Positions 11,250 to 25,230 are shown, counted from the first letter of the stretch. The stretch: DNA of 64,000 bases from Octopus bimaculoides (GCF_001194135.2 NC_068984.1:11676266-11740265); one strand, 5' to 3'. Notes: generated from the sequence alone by a model not told the origin. Program-made: numbers and translations.

Positions 11250-12416
11250 CAAAACATTCCTATGCAGACGATACCATCGTTATCTCCTTAATCTTCTGCA
11301 TAGACTCCGTCTCTACGTAATTTAAACACGTCGCGTCAGACATCCACTGATTCATGAACAGAGACCTTGAGAGCGTCCTTCATTGAGAACATGACAACCT
11401 AGTCTCTTTCTTCAGCTCAAAGTTATGACCAAGGAAATAACTTTGTACTTTAAACCTCTCTTGTTATTAACAACTCACAATTAAAACCATCAAAGTCGTT
11501 ACATATGCAAAGCTCGACAATCTCTGACTTTGCATGTATAACATTGTCTTCGGTCATGAAATAACTGAATACTGGTCAATTTGTAACTCTACAGAACACA
11601 AATAGAACCCATATTGGAGTATTGCTCATGTATATGAAATTGCTACTGTCACACACACACACACACAAACACGGCAGACTGAATCAAAAAAGAATTCTAT
11701 TCGATTCACTGGCAAGATGGATTTTTGCCAATGTCTTTCTTTTCGAAGTTACACGCACACCAAACAGGCTGTAACCACTGGCTCACTGAGATGTTTCTCT
11801 CTCTTTCTCCCTCTTTCTTTCTTTCTTATCACTGCTCAGCGACCTCTCTTTCTCTCTACCCAGGCATTCGTTTCTCTTTCTCTCTCTTCACTCTTTTATC
11901 TCACATTTCGCGCTAAACATATCTTTCGTTCCTTCAATCATAAACCTACTGGGAATATCTTCCTCATCACATAGACGTTGCTTAGTCTCAGGTCAACCCT
12001 GATGGAGCAGAACTACGACAAAAAGATATTCTTTTCGTGACCATCCCGTCTTTTCAGACAGTTTATCTCAGACTATATTGTCCAATATGTTCTCCCTCTT
12101 TTTTAAAAAAGTAAGAGAGAGACAGAGACAGACAGACAGAAGGAGAGAGAGTGACAGACGGTGAAAGAGAGAGAGGGGGTTAGACGTTGTTTCTTGCAGG
12201 TAACATGCCCGCATAGAAGCTTTATTATTGACCCATATCTGTTCCAAGAGATATTTTATCTGAGCAAAACCTCAATTTCACCAACCCCGGGGTGAGGCTG
12301 AGAGAGGGCTGCAAATTGCATAGGTACTGTCCCCTCTCATCTACTATCCTACTTTAACAAATAATATCTTTAAAATTGAGTATTAAAAGCTAGTTTATTA
12401 TGCTGTAATATATTTA

Positions 12417-12833
12417 CCGTATTTGATGGCATAAAGGCCCCCCCCCACCAAATACCTCAAATAACCACCCGGGTCTTTTATACGAAATTGGCCTCCCACT
12501 ACTATACTATGTGTTAATTTTAATTTAGATAGTCCCCTGTGTTTTGGTTCATGTTCAATTGTAGAGGAAGCTTGCTTTTTATAAAATGTATTCTACTTTG
12601 TTTCCTTATCACGATTTCTTGTTTTATGTTCAGCTGTACTACTAACTTACTTTTTATATACAGTAATGTTTTCCGCTATAACTAAGGTACTTTTGTAATG
12701 TTGCAATGCACTGCTAGAGTGCTTTAAGAATTACATGCTTTACTGTGCTAAAAAAACTTCTTTCTTGAATGTGCGCTGCTGAAAAGGGGTAGCGTCTAAT
12801 ATACCCGTGCATTTTTTACGCCATCAAATACGG
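12417..12833. mobile_element. Tc1/mariner-superfamily (Tc2-like) MITE with TA TSD
   Basis: TA|CCGTATTTGATGGCATAAA ... TTTACGCCATCAAATACGG|TA. Confidence 0.85.
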
Positions 12834-15822
12834 TAGTCGGTTAGATGAAACGACATACAACACTCTGAATACCTTTGTATTCTAACAGAGAGAAGAAGAA
12901 AAAAGAAGAAAAAAAGAAAACGAAAAACACCCTTTTACCCCTAAAAGTTTCAGCTTCTGTAGTTAGAAGAAGCTCTGAGGGGAATTAAATGGATCTATTT
13001 ATCAAGAATGTTAACTCAATAAATCTGAAGACATTATTTTTGGTGATGTGATAATGCTATTAATAATAATGGTTTCTAATTTTGGCACAAAACCAGCAGT
13101 TTTAAGAGGGAATGGCTAAGTTGATTACATCGATCTCAGTCTTCAACCGATATTTATTTTATCAACTTCGAAAAGATGAAAGACAAAGCCGACTTCGACA
13201 AAATTTGAACTCAGGACGTAAAGCCAGAAGAAATTCTGCTAAACTTTTTGTCCAGCCTGCTAACGACTCTGCCAGATCACCGCCTTATAATTCTTTTTTA
13301 GCACGAGGTCAGATATTTTAGGAGGAGTGGAGGGGGTCTGATGCTATTAATAATAATGGTTTCTGGGCACAAGAGCAGCAATTTTAAGGAAGAGGTGTTG
13401 ATGCCTTTGACCTCTAGTACAAGACTAGTACTTTATTTTACCGACCTCGGAGGAATGAATGGTTAAGTTAAAATCGGAGGGATTTGAAATCAGAATGTAA
13501 AGAAACAATAAATACCGCAACGCATATTGTTCGACGGTTTGACATTTCTGCAATTTTGTTAAATTTCTTCCAACCATTTTCAAAAAATGCAGTTTTTGAA
13601 CAATAAAGTTACATTAGTATAGAAAATTAGAAAAAAAAATTGGCGAAAATTTAAAATACTTCAAGTGGTTGGAAGGAATTTCACAAGATCCTCTTGTATT
13701 TCCATAATAATTGCTTCAAATTTTGACACAAGGCCAGCAATTTTAGCAGAGGAGGTTACTCGATTTCATCGACCCAGCCACCCACCCAGTGCTTAACTAA
13801 TGCTTTATTTTATCGATCCCATAAGGATGAATTACAAAGTTGACCACGGCAAAATTTTAACTCAGAACGTAATAAGTTGGAAGAAATACCACAAGGCATT
13901 TTGTCTGACGCTCGGCGGAATTTTGCTTAAAGAACGCTATCTAAACCCTTCATAACTTTTTATTTTGGGGAATTTTTGAGAAAACTTTTGCGAATTTGTG
14001 TTCTACACTCGGGAATTCATACGACTATGCCCCCCCCCCCAAAAAAAAAAATTGTGTGTGATTTAAGGGGTTCGGACTCACAATGATTAGGTAGTGAGTT
14101 CGATTCCTGGACCGAGCTGTGTGTTATGTTCTTGAGCAAGACACTTTATTTCATATTGCTCCTGTTCATTCACTGGTGCCAAGCTGCATCGGTTTTTGCC
14201 TTTTCCTTGAATAACATCGGTGACGTGGAGAGGGAAGGCTGGTATGCATGGACGACTGCTGGTCTTCCATAAGCAACCTTGCCCGGACTTGTACCTCGGG
14301 GGCGGAGGGGTAATCCCATGGTCATTTATGACCGGTGGTCTTTACTCTTTAAGGGATATTTAGCTGTTGTTTTTAGCACATCTCACGACCACCTCATACC
14401 ATCCTCATTTGTTTGCCACTCCATAAAAAAAAAAGTTTCGAGAGGTTATTTGACGTACTTAAAGCAAAATTTCACCTGACGCTCTAACAATTCTGCTAGC
14501 CGGCCGAGCTATGCTAGAACAGGTCTACGATCAAAGGTTATGAATATCGTCTCTATATTTTTCTCGAATAGAGTACCTAAGATTATATTATCCATTGTTT
14601 CTGACTTTTTCTTAAAGCAGTGTGATTTGAAGACAGTTTAACTGCTATTTCAAGCAGGTCCAGCAATCAAGTTAATAAATATATATTATTAGCGGCTCCC
14701 TTACCAGCTCGCGAATACATGGACTTACAGTTATACTCTTTGTATGCATGTGCGTATGTGTGGAGGAATAGAATATTTAAACATTAACAAAGACTCTTCG
14801 TTTTCTGATGATAGATTATTTTAATGTCACATTGACGTATTTTACTGACAGCTTAAAACTTTTCTCCTAGTTTCAGTTAAGAGTTATCTCCCATGTGTTC
14901 AATGTCTTTCAGGCCTCCAGAGATTCGTAAATGATATATTTTCTTATATAATAACTATAAAATCTCGATCTTTCCTTACTTTTCGTTACATTTTAACTAT
15001 TTCATTTATTCCTACCTTACTTACATTCCTGCATAAAAACATTTGTATTTTTTTTTTTTTTTAGAGATATAATCTTTCTTTTTATAGTTGAAAATTTACA
15101 CCTGATAAAAATTTATACAAGAATTATCTTTTTGAAACTATATGTTATATAGAAATACTGTAATCCCTATTTTATTGAATTTAAACTGAACAAGTCAGAA
15201 CAAACCAGCTTTTGATTCAAATCTTAAAAATTAGATTTTTTAGTATTTTTAAAAACAAAAATGGTAGAGCACTTAGTGCTACATTGTTGGGTTTTTTTTT
15301 CCTCTTTTTTTTTTGTTTTTTCTTTTGTAAAATATACTCCTGTTCATATTTTGAATAAAAGATTTATAATCGTAATCTACACACCCTGGGAAAAAATGGT
15401 AGAGAAATTAGGTAATCATCATCATCATCATCGTGTTCCTAATCTTGCAGGCTTATGGGTGTCAGTACTCTGTAAAAAAAAAAAGCACCCATGCTGGTGC
15501 CATGTAAAAGCATCTGAGCTGGTGCTGAGTAAAGCACCCAGTACAATTTTTAAAAAGGTTGGCATTAGGCAGGGCATCCAACTGTAGAAACCATGCCAAA
15601 ACAGACATGGAGCCTGGGCAGTTCTCCAGCTGGACAGCTTCTGCCAAACTGTTTGACCCTTGGCAGCATCGAAAACAGACGTTAATGGTGGTAGTGGTGG
15701 TGAAGATGATGGTGATGATGGCAGTAGGATATTTGAGGAAGATTTGGCTGCTATTTTTAGCAAACTGAGCTTACTCATCATTATATTATTTTACGAGTCT
15801 ATGCTTTCATCGACTATATATA

Positions 15823-15990
15823 TGAGGGGTTGCTGAAAAGTTCCTGGTTTTGTTTTAAAGAAAATACAGGCAGATCAGTTAATAATGATTTTACTCAACA
15901 TATTCCCCTCTCAGATTCACACACTCGTTGCAGTGGTCTTTCAGTTTTTCAAAGCCTTGTAAAAGAACTCTCTCCATGTGTTCATTATAT
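15823..15990 (+). mobile_element. Mariner-like element end fragment
   Basis: TA|TGAGGGGTTGCTGAAAAGTTCCTGG resembles mariner terminal sequence; no second TIR found. Confidence 0.5.
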
Positions 15991-16111
15991 TGACTCTGCA
16001 AACTGAGGCACCAGCAACTAATGTTAAAACAATCACAAATCCATGTTGTGTGATCTGTATTACTTGAAATAGAATCATATCGTGAGTTGATTCGCTCCAC
16101 AAGTGTGTGTT

Positions 16112-16341
16112 ATTTCTTTACTACCCACAAGGGACTAAACATAGAGGGGACAAACAAGGACAGACAAACGGATTAAGTCGATTATATTGACCCCAGTGCG
16201 TAACTGGTACTTATTTAATCGACCCCGAAAGGATGAAAGGCAAAGTCGACCTCGGCAGAATTTGAACTCAGAATGTAGCGGCAGACGAAATACCGTTAAG
16301 CATTTCGCCCGGCGTGCTAACGTTTCTGCCAGCTCGCCGCC
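16112..16341 (-). mobile_element. tRNA-derived SINE family B (Meta/MESC-like core). Other copies: 5210-5400(+), 13090-13910 (three remnants, -), 22590-23240 (stack, +), 23685-23900(-), 24135-24330(-), 41145-41575 (two, -), 48663-48885(+), 62290-62860 (three, -)
   Basis: GGCGAGCTGGCAGAA...GAGTTCAAATTC...GGTCGACTTTGCCTTTCATCCTTTCGGGGTCGAT recurs many times; superfamily name from memory. Confidence 0.85.
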
Positions 16342-16370
16342 TTTGTGTGTGTGTGTGTGCGCATGTACAG

Positions 16371-16414
<44 letters not shown>

Positions 16415-17111
16415 GGGTAAAAGAGAGAAAGTGAGAGAGAGGGTGAAAGAGAGAAGGTGAGAGAGAAGGTGAGAGAGAGGGAGCCAATAATTGTATGTGC
16501 GTGTGTGTGTGTCAGGGACAGGCCAGCTGTTGATTGGATGTGTATAAGTGAAGGTCACCTGTTGACTGTGTTTGTGTGCATGTGTGCATGTGTGTGAGAG
16601 AGAGAGAGAGTGGGGAGAGAGGTCAGCTGTTGATTGTGAGTTAGTGTGTCAGTGATAGGCTAGCTGTTTCTATGTGTGCATGTGAATGATAGGCCAGCTG
16701 TTGATTTATATGTGTCATTGACTGCCAGATGAAGATTGTGAGTGTGTCAGTGACAGGCTATCTGTTGATTAATGTGTGTGTTTGTGGCTGTTGCTTGTGT
16801 GCATGCATCAGTGAAAGGACAGCTGTTGCTTGTGTGTCAACAACTATCAGCTGTTGATGTTGTAAATCTTGATTGAAATTAGGCTTCTCCCCTTTTTTTA
16901 CGCTGTAGGCCTGGTTGTGAGGTTCATAATTTTACTTTAAGACTATGTTTTGGGGACTCAGTCCTAATGAGTGATGCCTTAGATCTGTGTCTTGTACTCT
17001 AACATAGAGTTGATCAAAGTTTTTTGAATGAAATTTGGTAGATGGACTATTGGATTTTTTTTTTTCTTTTAATAGTTTCAGCTTGTGAGTTGTGGCCATG
17101 CTTGGGCATCA

Positions 17112-17420
17112 CCATTTGCTTTGTTACACTTTCACTACTTGAAACCTCTTCTGATATGTGACATTTGGTAAATAAAGGAATTTGGTGTTGCTGCTCTCAC
17201 CTGTGTTTCTTGCTGTGAGGTAGGCTGATCTGGAACACTTGACAGGATAAGGTCCAACTTTGTTTTGAACACACCTACATCCATCCCATGTAGGTCTCTC
17301 AGGTTTTTGGGGAAGATATTGAAGAACTGTGAACCCTTGAAATCCAAGCTGTTGCAGTATCAGGTCCTGTATCTTGATGGCATTGTTGGACAGTATTGTT
17401 GATTATGTAGTCTTTTAGTT
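17112..17420 (-). mobile_element. CR1/L2-group LINE 3' fragment
   Basis: ORF 17135-17347 FNIFPKNLRDL...FKTKLDLILSSVPDQP...RAATPNS, typical of the ORF2 C-terminus. Confidence 0.7.
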
Positions 17421-18660
17421 GAAGCATAGAATCTACCATTATGAAATACCAGCTACAATGGTTAAAATGAAAGAACAGTGCTTGTGGTTAAAATGAAAGA
17501 ACAGAGATCTCTTTATCAAAACCTCTCCAGTGAAGTAACCAGGAAAATATCATGATGATGTCCTCTCTGCCATTACAAAGACCAGCTAAAGTTAATCCTC
17601 AAAATGGCTAGAATTAAGACAAAAACATGGAAAAATTGAAGCCCAGAATTGTTTCAAATGACATTACTGTCATCAATGGAATTAATCTTTTTGAAGTAAA
17701 ATGAAAAGTTGAAGACAAACATAATGGATGTAAGATGTAACAATGATGACAACAACAACAACCAATGTTTCCATGTCATGTTAATACTGTTTTGATAAAT
17801 ATCTTGATTGAAACCAGCCTAAAATAATTCATATTTTAGCATCATTTTTATGGTTGTCTCTGGTGTCTTCTACCAGTTGTTCCTTATATTGGTACAATGC
17901 CATAAACACCCAAAACTGGAAGTTAGTCGATTGAAATTCCTCCAATACATGACAAGCGCCTTATTTCATCAGCCTTACAGTCATAAGAATAACAAGGGGT
18001 CTCTGATTTCCTACCTCCAAGAATAATAGGCACATACTACATCCTCTGGCTTTCTCAGCTACCTTTCTCCTACCCATTAGTTACCTCTCTTTCCCGACTG
18101 ACTGTCTCCTCCTGTCTGTGCCTTTTCTTCCTTCTCTGTGCTGCTCTCTGTTATCAATTCCTCGCTTATTCACTACCACCCTCAATGCCTTCACATATCT
18201 ACTGCAACCCCAGCCTCTGAGCCCCCCCCCCCACTATATTTCTCTCCATTATTTGCTTCAGTACATGGACAGAAGCCACTGTAGTAGTGTTAGAGGGAAA
18301 ACCAGAACAGAACATTTGGTTGTAGTGTGTCGGTAAATGAGTCTTTACCAACCAGATGGATTAACGAATACATGTTCACCCTCCTCCTCATCATCATCAT
18401 CACCACCACCACCACCACCACCATTAAATATCCACTTTCCCATGCTTGCCATGGGTCAGACAATTTATTGAGGAAAATTTTCTATGGCCAGAAGCCTTTC
18501 CTGTTGCCAACCCTCACCTCTTTCCAAGCAAGGTAATATTTCCCCATGGCCAGATATGTTTTCCATGGAAGACTGGAAATGAACAACATCACTTGTATGA
18601 CAGCGATGCTCATTTATCACCATTACATGGTGCCAACACAAGGGTACACATACACACATG

Positions 18661-18702
<42 letters not shown>

Positions 18703-19977
18703 TGCATACAAACCACCTACTTACACACAATGGGCTTCTTCCAGTTTCTGTCTGCCAAATCCATTCACAAAACTTTGATCAGTTCAAAACCTTTGTAAAA
18801 GACACTTGCTCAAGGTATGACACAGTGGAATTGAACCTGAGATCACATGATTACAAAACAAGCATTAGCTAACTGCATCCACTCTATTTTATATACTCAT
18901 ATCTCCCCATCCTTACACATCCTTATTGCGTTGTTTCAATCCCCAGCCCCTGCGCTAAACACATTGCCCAGTTATCTCCCCCTTTAGCTGCTATCTTCTC
19001 AAATTACCCACCTTTTAAAATTTCTTTTGTAAAGTGGTTGGCATTTGGAAGGGCATCCAGCTGTAAGAACCATGCTAAAACTGACCTCACCTGTGCTGGT
19101 GCCTTGTAAAAAGCACTCAGTTCACTTTGCAGAGTGGTTGGTGCTAGGAAGGGCATCCAGCTGTAAAAAACTATGCCAAAACAGACAAAAGTATGGTGCA
19201 AGCTTCTGCCTGGCCAACTCCTGTCAAACCGTCCACCCATGCCAGCATGGAAAGAGAACGTTAAATGATGATGATCATCATCATGATCCGGACCATCGTT
19301 TGTGCTTGTGTATTTTTATGTTTGTTGCCACTGCTTGACAAACTGATGTTGGTTTGTTTACGTCCCTGTGCATGGGTTGGACGGTTTGATAGGATCTTCT
19401 ATGCAGTCACTCAATCTGCTTAAAATAACCACCAGTTCTCCCTCAAATCCCACTCTCCTGTCTGAAATAGAGATGGATATATTGGACAATATATTTCTTG
19501 ATATGTGATAAAAGACCTGATTTTCACTGCTGAAATGCCTTTCAAAATAAGATACTTGTGCACAGCTGACTTGGGGCTTCATATCAGTCAGGAAGTTCAT
19601 AGCTATATCCCTTATTCTACATAATATTTTCATAAACAATTACATATCAGTCTTCTTTTAAGCTCTTACTATAAATCACCTGCTTCCAGAAATGTTATCA
19701 TCTCATGCATAGCAACATTAACATAAAGCAGTTGATCACACAAGAAGTCAGTAAAATTACTATCACCTCCAGTTTAATCCTGAGAAAATATGCTACGTTT
19801 TGTATGTTAAATGATAAAGAATAATGGCAGCACATTTGTTCAGGTTTCTTGGCAAAGTGCCATCTCTATTTTTATTATTTAGTTTCCTAAGAAGCACAAT
19901 ACATACATACATACATACATACATACATACGTATACATATCATACATATATACATATATATCCTACATAATACACAA

Positions 19978-20019
<42 letters not shown>

Positions 20020-20789
20020 TGCTAGCTTGAACAATTGGTTAGAAGCTATAGAATTACAGAATTTTGCATGTCTGGATATCTACCATATAGTTAGTTAGTT
20101 TCATACAGGATATCTACCCTTTTTATTAGTTCACTAAAAATGTCACTAGCAAGTTAGTGTTGACAATGGCTTCGTTCCAAGTTAGAATTGGCATCTTCTA
20201 ACTGGCGAATCTTTTGCAAGCAATACTTCTCTTCCTCATCTCCACTACGCCTCTTCCAGCTGTTGCTGCCCTTCTTCCTCCTCCTCTTACTACTACTATT
20301 AGTATGGTATAGTGTACTTTTAAAGATGAGAGATAAACTAGTGTTGTGTTATAAACTGGATATACAACCTAGTTTTGATGCATGATACTGGCCCTTTCAC
20401 GTTAATTCACAAAATACCATGCAGAATGACATGAATATTACACAGCCTTATTTCTCACCCGATATAAATTACAAGCTGTCATTTATAGTTTTATATGCTT
20501 ATCTACTTCAGGTTGCTCTGTTAAAAATGAATGATTTCACATCCCCTGAAATTGCTAAATTCCTCTGTGTTTGTGTTTGTGTGTGTGAGAGAGAGAGAGT
20601 AATTTAATTTGTGTGTAAGGAAATTTCTATCAATATTAATGTTTTTCTCCAATCCTAATATTGTCCTAATAAGATGTGATGAATATTTATCAACATTTCA
20701 GGAATTCCTAGATATTTTCATGATTTTCAGTTGTTGGATCACAATATTCTAAGTCTGTAGATTCACTTCAGGTCTCAGCTTTGCTAAGA

Positions 20790-21570
20790 GGACAATCAAC
20801 ATGAGTAAAGTCATGAACAGCACAACAACCGAATTCCTTCTGCCAAGTGTAAGCTATGGATGCATAAGAGATGCAGTGGAATTGTGAGAAAGTTATCAAA
20901 AAGTTCTCTTTCGTGTGTGGCAGATATGCAGGAACAGTAAGTACTAAGAGCATGAGGGACTTAAACTCTCTCAAATGCCCAGGAGGCCCTCTTAAAGTAG
21001 TTTCTGCTATTTAGGTGACCAAATTAGTAATGGTAGTGGATGCTCTGAAAGTATTGTTTCTTGAATAAGAATAGGATGGAAGAAGTTTACAGAACTACTA
21101 CCTCTGTTGGCAGCAAAAGGACTCTCTTTCAGAGTGAAAGGTAGATTGTATGATGCTTGTGTGAGAATGGCTATGTTACATGGTAGTAAGATATGGGCTC
21201 TGATTGTGGAGGACATGTGTAGGCTGGAGAGGAATGAAGGTAGTATTCTCTGTTGGATTTGCAGCATCAGTGTGCATGACCGACGGAGCACAACTGTATT
21301 GAAAGAAAAGTTAGGCATAAGAGGGATTAAATATGGTGTGCAGGAGAGTAGAATGTGTTGGTTGGGACATGTGGTGTGCATGAGTGAAGACAGCTGTATA
21401 CAGAAGTGTCTGTTGCTGAAAGTGGATGGTACCTTTGGAAGAGAGAGACCCAGGAAGACATGGGATGAAGTGGTGAGGACTCATCTTAGGATATTGGGGG
21501 CTCACAGAGGAAATGACAGTGGATCGAGATGTTTGGAGATATGAAGTTCTAGAGAAGACTCGTCCATGAA
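20790..21570 (+). mobile_element. RTE-clade LINE 3' fragment
   Basis: ORF 21107-21544 KGRLYDACVR...LHGSKIW...WLGHV...GRERPRKTW; upstream degenerate YLGDQI. Confidence 0.88.
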
Positions 21571-22059
21571 AATTAGTGTTAGAAGAGTTGTATCCCACCC
21601 ACATGTAACAACACACTTTTCACTTACTCTGCCCTAAGAAACCAAACTACAACTCCTCTTCTAAAGAGCAACTTTCTCTCCCTCACATTTCCTCTTCATA
21701 AACTGTGATTGATTTCCAATCCCCTTTCTTGCCCTCACTGCCCTGCTCCCCACACCCCCAACACCCACATCCTATTGTTCTACCCAGGTTGTACACTCAT
21801 ATTCTTATTACTTATGAGTATACCCTAGCACTACACCATCTCTCTTCTACTCTCTCTTACACTTTTGCTGTTCCTACTCTCTCTTACACTTTTGCTGTTC
21901 CTACTCTCTCTCTCTCTCTCACTTTCCTTTTGGTCACTCTCCCTCTCCTTCTCTTGTTTTTCCTCTGATTAGGTAACCAAGTATCTCCTTTACATCAGCA
22001 CACTTGTTTCTGGCCTCTTTCTGTACATCTCCCCCTCTCCCCCTTCTCTCTTTCATTAA

Positions 22060-22279
22060 CCCTTTCGTTACTGTATTTATTTTGAGAGGCTCTCTGTTTC
22101 TTTCAATTATTTTAAATATAACAAAGAATTTAGTAAAATAACTTGGTTATCATTAAGCTAGTGTTAGGAACAAAAATTGTGACTAAGGTTTGGTGGAAAA
22201 ATTTAATTCAGAACTTATGAAAACAAGACATTTGTACTCAGAGCCAGAGCCGGTTTCAGCTGGGATGGTAATGAAAGGG
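22060..22279. mobile_element. piggyBac-type MITE with TTAA TSD
   Basis: TTAA|CCCTTTCGTTAC ... GTAATGAAAGGG|TTAA. Confidence 0.88.
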
Positions 22280-23647
22280 TTAACGTAGTTTTCAAAGAGA
22301 TCCAGTGTGACACAGAATGTGACAAGGCTGGTCCTTTGAAATACAGGTACAACTCGTTTTTACTAGCTGGGTAGACTGGAGCAATGTGAAATAAAGTGAA
22401 ATAAAGGTCACAACATGCTTTGAGGAATCAATTTCACAACCTTACAACAGTAAAGCAACTACCTTAACCATTAAACTACGTGTCTTCACTCCTGCCAAAT
22501 ACAAGACACATCTTGATATCTTGTTCCAACTATCATAATTCATTTGAGATAACTTTGCTGTTATCATTTGGAGCTAATCAGGTACTGAAGCTGGCAAAAT
22601 TTGTTAGCATGTCAGACGAAATGCCTTGCAGTATTTATTTCTGGCTCTATGTTCTGAATTAAAATTCCACCAGGGTGACTTTGCCTTTCATCCTTTCAGG
22701 GTCGATAAAATCAATTAACAATAGAACATTGAGATCAATGAAATTAATTAACACTCTCTACCTAAAGCAGCTGGCCTCATATCAAGATTTAAAGCCAATT
22801 ATCTCAGGAAACAGAAGGTGATGTGCTGGCAGAACTGTTAACATGCCGGACAAAGTGCTATGCTGCATGTCTTCAGGATCATTATGTTTTGAGTTCAAAG
22901 GCGGCGAGCTGGCAGAATCATTAACACACTGGACAAAATGCTTAGCAGTATTTCGCCAGTTGCTATGTTCTGAGTTCAAATTCCGCTGAAGTCAACTTTA
23001 CCTTTCATCCTTTCGGGGCCAATAAATTAAGTACCAGTTGAGTACTGGGGTCGATGTAATCACCTACCCCTGCTCCCCCAAATTTCAGGCCTTGTGCCTA
23101 TAGTGGAAAGGATTATGTTCTGAGTTCAAATCTCACCAAGGTCAAGTTTACCTTTCATACTTTCAGAGTCAATGCACAAGGGTCAATGCTATCAATTTAT
23201 GCTTTCTCTCAAAATTCCTGGCCTTGTCTCTAAATTAGAAGCTACTATTGAACATTCATCATCATCATCATCATCGTCGTCGTCATCATTTAACATCTGG
23301 CACAGGTTGAGTGGTTTGATAGAAGCTGGCGAGCCAGAGAGTTGCACCAAACTCTGTTGTCTTTTCTGGCATAGTTTCTACGGCTGGATGCCCTTCCTAA
23401 TGCCAACCTTATTGCAGAGTGTACAGGGTGCTTTTTATGTGACACCAACACACTCGTTTCAATCATTGCACTGTGGCCATGCTGGAGCACCACCTGACAT
23501 TGACCCCAGAACTTATTTTTTAAGGTTGGTGCTTATTCTGCCAGTCTCTTTTACTGAAACATTAAGTTAAGGGGTCATAAAGAAACCTACACCAATTGTC
23601 CAGTGGTGTAGGGACGAACACAGACAGGTACACACGCATATGTATAT

Positions 23648-23684
<37 letters not shown>

Positions 23685-23896
23685 ATCCTTTCTACTATAG
23701 GCACAAGGCTTGAAATTGGGGGAGCAGGATAGTTGATTATATTGACCCCAGTACTTGACTGGTACTTTTTCCATCGAACCCGAAAGGATGAAGGGTAAAG
23801 TTGACCTCGGTGGAATTTGAACTCAGAACATAGCGACAGGTGAAATACCGCTAAGCACTTTGTCCAACATGCTAGCGATTCTGCCAGCTCACCACC

Positions 23897-23927
<31 letters not shown>

Positions 23928-25230
23928 ATAACAGGCTTGAATGTAGTTTCAATCAACCAAATCCACTTACAAGACATTGATTAGCCAGGGGTTGTAGTGG
24001 AAAACACTTGCCCAAAGTGCTATACAGTGAAACTGGACCCAAATCCTATGTGGTCACAAAATGAACTTCTTAACCACACAATCATATTTGCGATTTATTT
24101 TATTTTTATGTGAAATATTCTTTTCTACTTTAGGCATTAGGCCTGAAATTTTTGGGGAGGGTGGGTAGTTGATTAGATTGATCCCAGGACGCAACTGGTA
24201 CTTAATTTATTGACCCCGATAGGATGAAAGGCAAAGTCAGCCTCGGCAGAATTTGAACTCAGAACATAAAGACAGACAAAATACTGCTAAGCATTTCACA
24301 CGGTGTGCTAACGATTCTGCCAGCTCGCCGCCTTATTACTTCTGTAATTATAACACAGTAATGAGAAATAACAGAGAAGAAAAAAATATTTAAAGATTTA
24401 CCCAGAAGTTTCTTAAGGGCACCAGAGTTGGAACTCCCCATACTGAACTGACCACTTATAGCATCAACTATAAGAATAATAAGATTTTTAAGAAAAATAC
24501 TATTTTCAAGAGGTTCATATTTTATCCTTCTCTTCACATTGTTTCACAATTGGTTTGTTGTTGTTTAGTCTCGGTTCAGTAATAACCTAAGAAACATCTG
24601 AACAGGGGTATTTTCAGCTGTAACTGTAAAGATTTATTTAATGGTATCTACCAATAATGGTCTCTTCCCTTTTCAAGATGATAGGGCATGATTTGAGAGA
24701 GATTTGGCTGCTATTTGTAGCAGGGTGAATGACCTCATAGTGGCTCACATTTTTTTAGCACTAGGTCATTCCTGATATCGGAAATCCATGACTAAAGGTG
24801 TTCTAACTGTGACCATCCAATCACAGTCTGACATTCCAACATGCAATTAAGTGGAATCAACTGCATTACATAGTTAGATGTGTTTATGCTGTCTTTTCCT
24901 CACCGCATAAGTATTTCTGATTAGACTTGTGATATTCAGTGCATTAAGTATGTGCACACTAGCTTCATTGTTTTTATACAGTATCAGATGTCAACAAGGA
25001 TTCCATCATTGAAAGAGGTTGAAAAAACAGTTTTCTGATGCAGATATTTAGTTTGGTGTCTTACTGTTTATAGTTCCAATCCTACCGTAGCTGATTTTTA
25101 TCCTCCAGCTATTCATTACATTAACGTACCATAAATAGCAAATGCATTCCATTAAAAAGACAACTCATGCAAAGATGTTGTTGTATAGCCCTGGGCAGAC
25201 CTGATCAGGCCAACAGAAGACCATCTTTAA

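Larger units (their letters stand above)
10270..11420 (+). mobile_element. Decayed LINE reverse transcriptase split by a MITE just before the YADD motif
   Basis: HHWSIALE...VIAFDI before the MITE; TAT GCA GAC GAT (YADD) at 11261-11272 after it. Confidence 0.75.

Noticed and set aside
15025-15028. 4-nt microexon on the minus strand (tttttatgcag|GAAT|gtaagt)
   Set aside because: No host gene, an A-rich upstream tract, and expected by chance.
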